DNA of 39,900 nt, from positions 1-39,900 of the forward strand of contig JBIIUN010000003.1 in assembly GCA_044339945.1 (NCBI GenBank), given 5' to 3'. Within the stretch, counting starts at the first letter, position 1; each line of letters opens with the position of its first letter. The DNA is from Candidatus Kapaibacterium sp. GTDB lineage: Bacteria; Verrucomicrobiota; Verrucomicrobiia; Limisphaerales; UBA9464. The notes under the pieces were generated by a model. The model was not told the DNA's origin. It was given only the letters and a program-made list of their open reading frames with translations, and searched no databases. Below are positions 18,291 to 27,256 of this stretch, in pieces. A program made the translations under genes and the position numbers.

Positions 18291-21200
18291 ATGAGAAACC
18301 GCAGCCCCAGTCTGTTCTTTAACCGCTTGGACTGGATGGGATGTTTTCTGGCGAGCTTGGCCCTCATTGGATGCCTTACCACCCAGGCCGCCGACTTGGT
18401 TATTCGTGACATCCAGGTGCGGCCGGACCAGCCGGTTCAAATCCGGGTGCCGGCCAGCTTGGACGCCTACTACGTGCTCTATCGGGGTGAGCAGGTTCAG
18501 CAAATCATCCTGCCCCGGGACATGCGGCTCGGCGCCGGCGCTGAAGTGACCCTGACGGACCCGGTTCCCCGACCCGATACGGCCTTTTACCGCATTGAGC
18601 AGGTGCCCATCGCCACGCCGCGCGACACGGACGGCGACGGCATGGATGACGTCTTTGAACTGCGGCACCCCACGGCCTGCAAACCATTGGTTGCCGATGC
18701 GAGTCTGGATCCCGACGGGGACGGTAAGACCAACCGGGAGGAATACCTGCTGGGCACCGACCCCGGGACGCCCAACGTTCCTCCGGCCGTCCGGCTGGTG
18801 GCACCCAACGATCTGGCCGTGCTCTTTTTGCCCGGACCATTCGACCTTGTCGCGGAAGCCTCGGACGCCGAGGGACCGCTTTCCTCGGTGGACTTTCTGG
18901 CCGGCGACATCCTCCTCGCGACGCGGACCAACGCTCCCTTCGCCTTCTCCTGGACCAACGCGCCCGTGGGCACCAATCGGCTCACCGCCCGGGCCACCGA
19001 TCAATTCGGCGCCCGCGCCACCTCAAGCCCGGTCACCGTCCGAATCCGGTTTCCCAATGCGCTCCCCAACGTGGCGATCACCGCTCCGGAAACCAACTCG
19101 CTCCACGCCTTGCCGGTCGCCATCGAGGTGATGGTCGCGGCGAGCGACTCCGAAGGCCCGGTGGAATCGGTCCGGATCTTTTTCAACCGGACCAACCTGC
19201 TGGCCAGCCTCACCAACGTCCCCTTCGCCTTTGGCTGGACCAATGCGCCGTTGGGCACCAACGAACTGACCGCGGTCGCCCTTGACTCCGACGGGGCCAG
19301 CGTCACCTCGGCGCCGGTGAGCATCCGGGTGATCGTCGCCAACCGGGCTCCGGAATTCGCCGCGATCCCGGACGAGGCGGTGGACGAGGAGAAGCCGCTG
19401 AGCCTGAGCCTGAGCGCGACCGATGCCGACGAGCCGCGGCAGACGCTGACCTATGGTCTGGTCAGCGGTCCCGCGGGCTTGAGCGTGACCGCAGGCGGCG
19501 CCCTGAGCTGGACACCCACCGAGGCCCAGGGCCCGACGAACGTCGCGGTGCGGGTATCGGTGACGGACGGACTGTTGAGCGTGACCAATCAGTTCACGGT
19601 CGCCGTGCGGGAGGTGAACGTGGCGCCCGTGCTGGCGGCGATCCCGGACCGCGCGGTGGACGAACTCACGCCGCTGGCCTTGGCCCTGAACGCAACGGAC
19701 GCCGACGAGCCGCGGCAGATGCTGACCTATGGCCTGGTCAGCGGTCCCGAGGGCGTCGCCGTGACGTCTGGCGGCGCCCTGAGCTGGATGCCCACCGAGG
19801 CCCAGGGCCCGACGAACGTCGCGGTGCGGGTGTCGGTGACGGACGGACTGCTGAGCGTGACCAACCGGTTCAACGTGGCGGTGCGCGAAGTCAATGAGCT
19901 GCCAACATTCTTGGGACTGACCAATCAATCCATTCCCGAGCTGTCATCCTTCGCCCTGCCGCTGGCCGCCACTGACCCAGACCTACCAACCCAAAACCTT
20001 TCGGTCGCCTGGGTCGCTGGACCGGCTGGGTCGGGCGTGACCAACGGGGTTTTCGCTTGGCTCCCGGACGAACGCCAGGGGCCCTCCACCAACGAGGTGC
20101 GGGTCGTCGTCACTGACGGCCAACGGACCGTTACGAATGCCTTCACCGTGATCGTCACGGAGGTGAACACCGCGCCGGTGTTGGCGCCCGTTGCCAACCG
20201 GACCATTGACCAACTGACCCCATTGGACCTGACGTTGACCGCCACCGACGCCGACGAACCGGTCCAAGCCCTGACCTTCAGCTTGGTGAACGGGCCCGCC
20301 GACCTGACTGTGACTCCAGCCGGGCGGGTGTCCTGGGCTCCTCGACCGGCCCAGTTCCCCAGCACCAATGTCGTCGCTGTGCGTGTCGGCGACGGGCAGG
20401 ACTTCGCCACGAATACGTTCACGGTTTTCGCCCTGCCGGTGGACATACCGCCCACGGTGACCCTGACCGAACCCCTCGGCAGCGTCGCCTATGCGGCGCC
20501 GGGTTATGTGAAGCTCCATGCGGAGGCCCGCAGCACCAACGCCGCCATCGCCCGGGTCGAGTTTCTGGCGGGCACCAACGTCATCGGCACCGTCACGGCG
20601 CCACCCTACCGCTTCAACTGGGATGCCGTGCCGGCCGGGGAATACGTCATCACTGCCCGCGCGGTGGATACCCAGGGTGTCGCCGCCACCAATGGCGTGC
20701 CCACGCTCGTCAAGGTCACGCCGCTGGACACCGAACCGCTGACCACCTTCGCCAGCTCCCCGACGGCGGGCGAAACCGGCGTGGCGGTGACCCGCGAGAC
20801 CGTGCTCCGGTTTACCTGCCCGCTGCGCGACGACGCCACTGTGAGCCTCGACCGGTTTAATGCCGTGGCCAACGGACGCCGCGTGCTGTCCCGCATCGAG
20901 CTTTCCACCGACCGGCGCACCGCCACGCTGTTCTATCTGGAGAACCTGCCCGCCAGCAGCCGTGTGCGGGTGACCTTCAATGGCACGGGAATTTTCGACT
21001 GCCTGGGCCGCGCGGTGGATGCCGACGGCGACGGCCAGCCCGGCGGCATCGCGGAATTCGACTTCGACACGCTGGCGACCGTGGCGGTGGCCCGGACGGC
21101 GATCAGCGGGCGGGTGTTTGCCTCCGAACCGGTGTCGGGTGCGGGCACGACCAACTTCCTCAACCGCCCGCTCCAGGGCGTCACCATCACGGTGGACGGC

Positions 21201-24200
21201 GCGGAGGAAACCCAGCGCACCACCACCGATGCCCAGGGCAACTTCCGCCTCGAACCCTGTCCCTCCGGCCGTTTCTTCGTGCATGTGGACGGGCGCACGG
21301 CCGAGGGCAGCGAGTGGCCCAGCGGGGCCTACTACCCGTTCGTGGGCAAGGCGTGGGACGCGGAGGCGGGCCGCGCGGACAACCTGGCCAACGGCACCGG
21401 TGAAATCTTCCTGCCGCGGGTGCCGGGCGCCGCGCTGCAAGCGGTGAGCGCCACGGAAGACACCCGGATCACCTTTGCCCCGGAGGCGCTGATCGCGAAC
21501 CCGGACCTGGCGGGTGTCTCCATCACGGTGCCGGCGAACTCGCTACTCAGCGAGAACGGCGCGCGGGGTGGCCGCGTGGGCATTGCGGCGGTGCCGCCGG
21601 ACCGGCTGCCCGAACCGCTGCCGCCGGGACTGAACTTCCCCCTCGTCATCACGGTGCAGACGGACGGGCCGCAGAATTTTGACCGGCCCGTCCCAGTGAG
21701 GTTTCCGAATCTGCCGGACGCAACAACGGGGTTGGTGTTGCAGCCGGGCGAAACCACCACCTTGTGGAGTTTTGTGCATGATACCGGCCGCTGGGAGCCG
21801 CAGGGAACCATGACGGTATCCGCAGATGGACGGTTTCTCGATTCTGACCCCGGCAGCGGGATACGACAGCCGGGGTGGCATGGCTGGTTTGATTGTCCAA
21901 CTTGTTGTCCTGCTCCTCCTCCAATGACATTTGATGATTGGTGGGACTTGTCAGACACAGCAATTGGATGCGCCAAAGACTTTGCAGGCATCAAAAAAGG
22001 TCTCGCTTGCCTCGTGGAGATGCTTGGGTTGACCAAATCGATAGCCAACCTGATTCGCACTCTAATCGAAGCGCTCGATAAGAAAGATGCGAGCGCTTGT
22101 GATTGGGCCAGAGCTTCGATCGGTGGAATCGAACGACTCAAAGACATACTACAAGTAGCAGTGAAATGTGCAGAGAGCTACAGTCCTGTCTCGAAAGCTG
22201 AAGCGGCTATATCATGCTTGACGCGGCTTTTAGATGCAGGTGCTAAGCGATGCGGGAAATTCACTCAAGAAGATGGGACGCCTTGTGAGCCGACAATATT
22301 TAGGTTCCTTGTCTGTAAGGGACTCACGATAGCAAGGACCTATTTCGCTGCCGCAAACATATTTGTTAAGCAAGGCGAGGAGTTGATTAAAGCTATCGGG
22401 GATTTTTTAATCGGAGAGCTGGAACGGTCATTGAACAATCTATTAAACAGGATATGTCCAACCGCCGGGAAAATTGGTAGGGAAGGCGCTTTGCATTCAT
22501 TATCTGAGGATGAGGTCAGTCAGATTACTGAAGAGTTGCGAAACCATCTGAAAAAACTGGATCGGCTGAATAATGCAACCGAAGCCGTGCTGCTATCCGC
22601 GGAAATCCTAGATAAGCAATTTGATGAGTTAGTTGAAGATCATGAAAGCGGCAGAAGATATCGTGGAACTGGTGAATTTGTTTTCTGGGAAGCCAGATTC
22701 GCAGGTAGTGTGCTCAGGGGAGCTGGCCAACTTTCACAAATCCGTGTTCCAGTAATCCCACGCAACATCGCGTGGTCATGGGCCGAGTATTACCCAGGTG
22801 CAAACCTAATTGGAGAGTCTTCTGGAGTTATTCCTGCTGTCGGTCAGACAACATTATGGGCAAGAACGTTTGAATCAGCTGCGGCGTTGGCAGATAGCGA
22901 TGGAGATGGTCTTGCCGATAGAGTTGAATCTGTGATTGGCACGGACAGCAATGTGTCGGACACCGACCGCGACGGCATCCCCGACGGCGAAGAGATCCGC
23001 CAAGGCACCGACCCGCTCGACGGCCGGGTGGCCCAGACCGGCGTCATCAACTCGCTGCCCGTTACCGGCACGGCGGTGGACGTGAGCGCGGCCAACGACG
23101 TGGTGGCGGTCGCGGCGGCCGAGGGTGGTGTCACGCTGTTCAACACGCTCAATCCCGCCCGCCCGCTGCGCGTGGGGCAGGTGGACACGCCGGGCAACTG
23201 CGTGGCCGTGGCCAGCCTTGGCACCCGCGTGGTGGCGGCTGACGGCGACGCGGGCGTGGCCCTCATTGATTTCTCCGATCCGGCCAACCCGCAGCTCGTC
23301 CGGCAGGTCGGGCCGGGCGCGTTGGGCGGGGGCAGCATCCAGGCCCTCGCCGCGGCAGCGGACATTGCGTTCGCCGGCAGCACCTCGGGCAAGGTGTCCA
23401 TGCTCGATCTCGCCACCGGCGCGGTGTTCCAGACGCTGGACCTCGGCGGCAAGGTGGAGGACCTCGCCATCGAGGGCCTGACGCTCTACGCCTACGCGGG
23501 CGACCGCCTGCATGTGCTGCCCTTCGGCAAGGGCCTCATGGAGCGCGGCGGTTCGGTCGTCAGTCCCGCTCCCGCCGGGATCAACACCGCCAACGGCCGT
23601 GGCCGCCTGTTTGTGGGCGGGGAGGTCGCCTACGTGACCCACACCAAAGGTTTCAACACCTTCTCGGTGAGCGACCCGGCCAACCCGCGCCTGCTGGCCG
23701 CCGGTGACACCCGGGCACCTTTCGAGCAGTTCGGGTGGAAGCACACGGTGGCCAACGGTTCGGGGCGGGTGATTGCCGCCTTCAGCCCCAACCAAGCTTT
23801 CGACGGCCCCCACAACGTCGGCCTTTTCGACGCCCGCGACCTGAACAACGGGAACATGAACGACAAGTTCCTCACGCAATTCGAGACGCCCGGCATCGCC
23901 CGCGCCGTGACGCTTTACAACGGCCTCGCCTACGTGGCCGACCAGGGCGCCGGGATGCAGGTGCTCAACTACCTGCCGCCGGACACCGGGACCAACGGAC
24001 CGACGGGAACGCTGTTGGTTTCGGTAGCGCAGGACGATCCGGTTGTCGCACGGAGCCTGACTGTGGCCAATCCGGGTTTCGAAGAGGGAGTGCCGACCGT
24101 CTGGCCGGGGTATGTCCTGGACAATGGACCGATCCCTGGGTGGGAGGCCAGCGATGCGGCAGGGATCAATCCGGGCACCGGCTTTAGCCCATTTGCCGAC

Positions 24201-25961
24201 AACGGACTGATTCCAGAAGGAGCCCACGCCGCGTTCATTCAGGATGCCTATGTTCCCGGATCAACCAGCGGGTGGGTGAAGCAGGAGGTTTCCGGATTCG
24301 AGGTGGGCAAACTGTATCAGGTTCGGTTCCGGGAGAACGCCCGCAACTGTTGCCGGGGATCCCTTCCGGTGCTGGAAGTCAAAATGGGAGGCACGACCGT
24401 GGTTGAGGCCCATCGGGTTGCCCGTGTCGGTGGCGTTGACCCATACGCCACGATGAATTCGCGGTTGTTCACGGCCACCGCGGAGAAGATGAAACTGGAG
24501 TTCCTGAAATCGGGGGACCCCGGAACCGATACGAGCGTCCTTCTGGATGACGTCCAGGTGCTCGAAATCCAGACGGTTCCGGAAAACCAGATCACCGTCG
24601 GTAGTTTGGTTCTGCTCCAAGCACCGGTGCAGGACGACGTGCAGGTGCGGCAGGTGGAGTTCTTCGTGAACAACCAGCGCATCGCCATCGACGGCAACTT
24701 CCCGTTCGAGACGGTCTATCGCGTGCCGACCAACACCCTCGGCACGCCGCTGGTCTTCGCACTCCGCGCCTCCGACATGGGCGGAAACAGCCTGTTGCTG
24801 ACCAACAGTCCGGTGACGGCCCTTCCTGACTCCCAAGGGCCGGCCATCGCCATCAATGCCCCGGTCGAGGGCAGCGATTCCTATCTGGGCACCACACTGG
24901 CGGTGGAACTCACGCTGTTCGACAACGTGGACGGACCCAATGTCGCTGCCATCGGGTTTGAGATCGACGGCCAGCGGGCTGATTTCGAGCGCCTGACCCG
25001 GACGAGCTTCACGGTCAAGACGCCCACTGCCGTAGGCCGACATACCTTGGTCGCCATCGGTCGCGATTTCGCGGGCAACGAGGGCCGTTCAGCGGCGGTC
25101 AATTACTGGCGGCTCCCTTCGGCTCCGGACGATGACTTCGACCAAGACGGCCTCTCTAACCATCAGGAGATCCGCCTTGGCACCGACCCAACCAAAGCCG
25201 ACACGGATGGCGATGGTTTTGCCGACGGTCGCGAAGTCGAGGAGGAAACGGACCCGCTGGATGCACGAAACCGGCCCAGCTTCGTCTTCCTAGCCCAGCC
25301 ACCCGTGGAAATTGCCTTGGCCGGTGAGCGTGGACTGAACGGAACCGGAATGACCATTGCCGGGCCGCTGCTGGAAATCTTCTCACCCGGAACTAATTCC
25401 GTCCCAGGTGGTGTGGTCACGGCAGAACCGCTGGTCGAGTTGGTGCTGCCGGGCACCAATTCTGCCGTCACGGGGGTGATGCTGGCTCAACCGCCGGTGG
25501 AAATCGTCTTGGCGGATGCGCATGGGCTGAACGGAACCGGGGTCACCATTGCCGGGCCGCTGATTGAAATCGTCTCCCCGGGAACCAACTCCGCGCCGCG
25601 GGGCGTGGCCATCGCCCAACCGCTGGTCGAGTTGGTGCTGCCGGGCAACGACTCCTCCGCCCGAGGAGTGACGCTGGCTCAACCTCCGATTGAAATCGGG
25701 CTGCCTGAGGACGGAGCCAACGCCTCATTCCCCATATTCGCCCAGCCCGAGATTGAAATGTGGTTCCCCGGCCTCGGCGGATCGGCTGATTTTCCGCTCC
25801 GCCTCGCGGAACCCCTCCTGGAAGTTGATTTCGGTTCTGGCGAACCCAGTTCCGGGGCCAAGCCCACTACGGAAGTCTTACCTTACGGCAAAACGGACCG
25901 CATGACGGGGCCCGTGTTACCCTCACTCTCAAAGCAACGACAGAATCCCAATCCACTATGA
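18291..25961 (+). CDS. Giant secreted/surface protein (~2556 aa): FYR-type domain, TSP3-like Ca-binding motifs, Ig-like and cadherin-like repeats, low-GC Cys-rich cassette, LVIVD-like beta-propeller, CBM/DUF642-like domain, C-terminal repeat array
   Basis: ATG 18291 with signal peptide (...LASLALIGCLTTQA|ADL). Three DxDGDG...E...GTDP clusters. Ig units (A.ASD.EG....V.F) and cadherin-like units (L.ATDADEP.Q.LTY.L..GP). Propeller blades such as QVDTPG..V.V and AYVAD..AG.QV. Confidence 0.88.
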   Translation: MRNRSPSLFFNRLDWMGCFLASLALIGCLTTQAADLVIRDIQVRPDQPVQIRVPASLDAYYVLYRGEQVQQIILPRDMRLGAGAEVTLTDPVPRPDTAFYRIEQVPIATPRDTDGDGMDDVFELRHPTACKPLVADASLDPDGDGKTNREEYLLGTDPGTPNVPPAVRLVAPNDLAVLFLPGPFDLVAEASDAEGPLSSVDFLAGDILLATRTNAPFAFSWTNAPVGTNRLTARATDQFGARATSSPVTVRIRFPNALPNVAITAPETNSLHALPVAIEVMVAASDSEGPVESVRIFFNRTNLLASLTNVPFAFGWTNAPLGTNELTAVALDSDGASVTSAPVSIRVIVANRAPEFAAIPDEAVDEEKPLSLSLSATDADEPRQTLTYGLVSGPAGLSVTAGGALSWTPTEAQGPTNVAVRVSVTDGLLSVTNQFTVAVREVNVAPVLAAIPDRAVDELTPLALALNATDADEPRQMLTYGLVSGPEGVAVTSGGALSWMPTEAQGPTNVAVRVSVTDGLLSVTNRFNVAVREVNELPTFLGLTNQSIPELSSFALPLAATDPDLPTQNLSVAWVAGPAGSGVTNGVFAWLPDERQGPSTNEVRVVVTDGQRTVTNAFTVIVTEVNTAPVLAPVANRTIDQLTPLDLTLTATDADEPVQALTFSLVNGPADLTVTPAGRVSWAPRPAQFPSTNVVAVRVGDGQDFATNTFTVFALPVDIPPTVTLTEPLGSVAYAAPGYVKLHAEARSTNAAIARVEFLAGTNVIGTVTAPPYRFNWDAVPAGEYVITARAVDTQGVAATNGVPTLVKVTPLDTEPLTTFASSPTAGETGVAVTRETVLRFTCPLRDDATVSLDRFNAVANGRRVLSRIELSTDRRTATLFYLENLPASSRVRVTFNGTGIFDCLGRAVDADGDGQPGGIAEFDFDTLATVAVARTAISGRVFASEPVSGAGTTNFLNRPLQGVTITVDGAEETQRTTTDAQGNFRLEPCPSGRFFVHVDGRTAEGSEWPSGAYYPFVGKAWDAEAGRADNLANGTGEIFLPRVPGAALQAVSATEDTRITFAPEALIANPDLAGVSITVPANSLLSENGARGGRVGIAAVPPDRLPEPLPPGLNFPLVITVQTDGPQNFDRPVPVRFPNLPDATTGLVLQPGETTTLWSFVHDTGRWEPQGTMTVSADGRFLDSDPGSGIRQPGWHGWFDCPTCCPAPPPMTFDDWWDLSDTAIGCAKDFAGIKKGLACLVEMLGLTKSIANLIRTLIEALDKKDASACDWARASIGGIERLKDILQVAVKCAESYSPVSKAEAAISCLTRLLDAGAKRCGKFTQEDGTPCEPTIFRFLVCKGLTIARTYFAAANIFVKQGEELIKAIGDFLIGELERSLNNLLNRICPTAGKIGREGALHSLSEDEVSQITEELRNHLKKLDRLNNATEAVLLSAEILDKQFDELVEDHESGRRYRGTGEFVFWEARFAGSVLRGAGQLSQIRVPVIPRNIAWSWAEYYPGANLIGESSGVIPAVGQTTLWARTFESAAALADSDGDGLADRVESVIGTDSNVSDTDRDGIPDGEEIRQGTDPLDGRVAQTGVINSLPVTGTAVDVSAANDVVAVAAAEGGVTLFNTLNPARPLRVGQVDTPGNCVAVASLGTRVVAADGDAGVALIDFSDPANPQLVRQVGPGALGGGSIQALAAAADIAFAGSTSGKVSMLDLATGAVFQTLDLGGKVEDLAIEGLTLYAYAGDRLHVLPFGKGLMERGGSVVSPAPAGINTANGRGRLFVGGEVAYVTHTKGFNTFSVSDPANPRLLAAGDTRAPFEQFGWKHTVANGSGRVIAAFSPNQAFDGPHNVGLFDARDLNNGNMNDKFLTQFETPGIARAVTLYNGLAYVADQGAGMQVLNYLPPDTGTNGPTGTLLVSVAQDDPVVARSLTVANPGFEEGVPTVWPGYVLDNGPIPGWEASDAAGINPGTGFSPFADNGLIPEGAHAAFIQDAYVPGSTSGWVKQEVSGFEVGKLYQVRFRENARNCCRGSLPVLEVKMGGTTVVEAHRVARVGGVDPYATMNSRLFTATAEKMKLEFLKSGDPGTDTSVLLDDVQVLEIQTVPENQITVGSLVLLQAPVQDDVQVRQVEFFVNNQRIAIDGNFPFETVYRVPTNTLGTPLVFALRASDMGGNSLLLTNSPVTALPDSQGPAIAINAPVEGSDSYLGTTLAVELTLFDNVDGPNVAAIGFEIDGQRADFERLTRTSFTVKTPTAVGRHTLVAIGRDFAGNEGRSAAVNYWRLPSAPDDDFDQDGLSNHQEIRLGTDPTKADTDGDGFADGREVEEETDPLDARNRPSFVFLAQPPVEIALAGERGLNGTGMTIAGPLLEIFSPGTNSVPGGVVTAEPLVELVLPGTNSAVTGVMLAQPPVEIVLADAHGLNGTGVTIAGPLIEIVSPGTNSAPRGVAIAQPLVELVLPGNDSSARGVTLAQPPIEIGLPEDGANASFPIFAQPEIEMWFPGLGGSADFPLRLAEPLLEVDFGSGEPSSGAKPTTEVLPYGKTDRMTGPVLPSLSKQRQNPNPL
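19362..19896 (+). repeat. Near-identical tandem duplication (276-bp period) of a cadherin-like domain
   Basis: GCGATCCCGGAC starts at both 19362 and 19638. Long identical stretches, e.g. CCCACCGAGGCCCAGGGCCCGACGAACGTCGCGGTGCGGGT, occur in both copies. Confidence 0.92.
21885..22950 (+). other. In-frame low-GC cassette inside the giant gene
   Basis: Sampled lines are 40-48% GC (lines 21901 and 22381) versus about 73% upstream (line 21301). It begins right after PGWHG (21870-21884) and ends at a DSDGDG motif; it encodes 12 Cys. Confidence 0.88.
25293..25835 (+). repeat. Nine ~21-aa repeats A[Q/G/E]P[P/L/E][V/L/I]E arranged as three 192-bp super-repeats
   Basis: AQPP-initiated units begin at 25293, 25485 and 25677 (192-bp spacing), each containing three sub-repeats. 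Confidence 0.85.
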
Positions 25962-27091
25962 ACACATCTCGGCTCATGCAGGGCCTCGCGCTGTTCCTCG
26001 CATTCACCGCGGCGGCCCGGGCACAAACCGTCGACTCGGGCAGCACCGGTTCCTTGGGCGCCCTCGTGGTTACCAACGACACGTTCGTCCAACTCCCACC
26101 CGATGGAAAACTCAACTACACCACGGTGACCGTTGAAGCAGGGGCGACACTCCGTTTTGGCAAGAACCCGCTGAACACGCCGGTTTACCTCCTGGCCACC
26201 AGTGATGTCGTCATTAGGGGAGTCATCGATGTCTCCGGGAGCTACGGCGGCAACAACCTCGGGCAAGGTGGACCCGGAGGTTTCAATGGTGGGGCTCCGG
26301 GGATCAGTTCTGACCCGGGCGACGGCGAAGGCCCCGGCGGGGGGCAGGGCGGGGTGTGGGGGACGGACAAATATCCGGGCAATGGTTCGCATGGCTCTAC
26401 CGGCGTGCGCTCACTCGGCCCGAAATACGGCAATCGGGAGCTGCAACCTTTGATCGGCGGCTCGGGCGGAGGTGGCCAAGGCGCGTCGGGGGGAAGCGGG
26501 GGCGGCGGAGCCATCCTGATCGCCTCGAATACCAAGATTGAGGTGTCGGGCGGCGGAATCTGGGCGATAGGCGGACAATCGTTTGATTGGGCCGGCAACC
26601 GCGGAGGAGGCGGCGCGGGCGGCGCGGTGCGACTGGTTGCGCCGGCAATCGGCGGGGCTGGTGGCTCGTCCGAGGTGAACTGCAGTGGCGCATTGCATGC
26701 TGGCACCGGGCGCATTCGGATAGATGGCACTTACCTCGGCGGAATCAGCTTCAATGGTTTAGCCCAAGTGGGGCAGAACTTCGTGGTGATTCCCGCCGCG
26801 CAGCCTTCTCTTCGGTTCATTGAAGCGGCGGGACAGGCTATCCCGGTGGACGCGGGCAACACCATCCGCCTGAACCTTTCCCGAACGGCCTCGACCAATC
26901 AGACGGTCAAATTGCGCCTGGCGGGCTTCACCGGCTTTGTGCCGGTGACCGTCGCCGTGCTGCCGGAAGAGGCTGCATCCAGCCGGGTCGTGACGGAAAT
27001 CAACATGGCAGGCAACGCAACGGCGGAGACCACGGTCAACGTGACTTTGACCCCTGGGATGGTGAACCGGATCCAAGCTTGGACGCAGTAG
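25958..27091 (+). CDS. Secreted glycine-rich protein with a C-terminal beta-sandwich-like domain
   Basis: ATGA overlap with the giant gene. Signal peptide ending AARA|Q, then SGSTG..GAL, LPPDG and NTPVYLLAT. Gly runs GGSGGGG, GGGGGAILIAS and GGGGAGGAVRL. Confidence 0.85.
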   Translation: MNTSRLMQGLALFLAFTAAARAQTVDSGSTGSLGALVVTNDTFVQLPPDGKLNYTTVTVEAGATLRFGKNPLNTPVYLLATSDVVIRGVIDVSGSYGGNNLGQGGPGGFNGGAPGISSDPGDGEGPGGGQGGVWGTDKYPGNGSHGSTGVRSLGPKYGNRELQPLIGGSGGGGQGASGGSGGGGAILIASNTKIEVSGGGIWAIGGQSFDWAGNRGGGGAGGAVRLVAPAIGGAGGSSEVNCSGALHAGTGRIRIDGTYLGGISFNGLAQVGQNFVVIPAAQPSLRFIEAAGQAIPVDAGNTIRLNLSRTASTNQTVKLRLAGFTGFVPVTVAVLPEEAASSRVVTEINMAGNATAETTVNVTLTPGMVNRIQAWTQ

Positions 27092-27256
27092 CGTCGGCTG
27101 CCGAGACTTGGCTTCGAGCGTGAGGTGCTGGCCCCCTTACCGCGCGAAATTGTGTCATCGCCACTTGGACCAACAACAACGACGTCCCACCCGGCCTGTT
27201 CGTCGCCCGAATCCGTGCCAAGGCCCGGTGGCGCTTCACCGATCGGGAAAGGGACT

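Noticed and set aside
21885-22950. Intein, intron or IS explanation for the low-GC insert
   Set aside because: No C-terminal His-Asn/Cys splice junction or LAGLIDADG motif, no transposase or RT motifs, and no terminal inverted repeats were seen.
25293-25835. CRISPR array or DGR template/variable repeats
   Set aside because: The repeats are in-frame, degenerate at synonymous positions and lack unique spacers. There is no cas or reverse transcriptase gene in the window.
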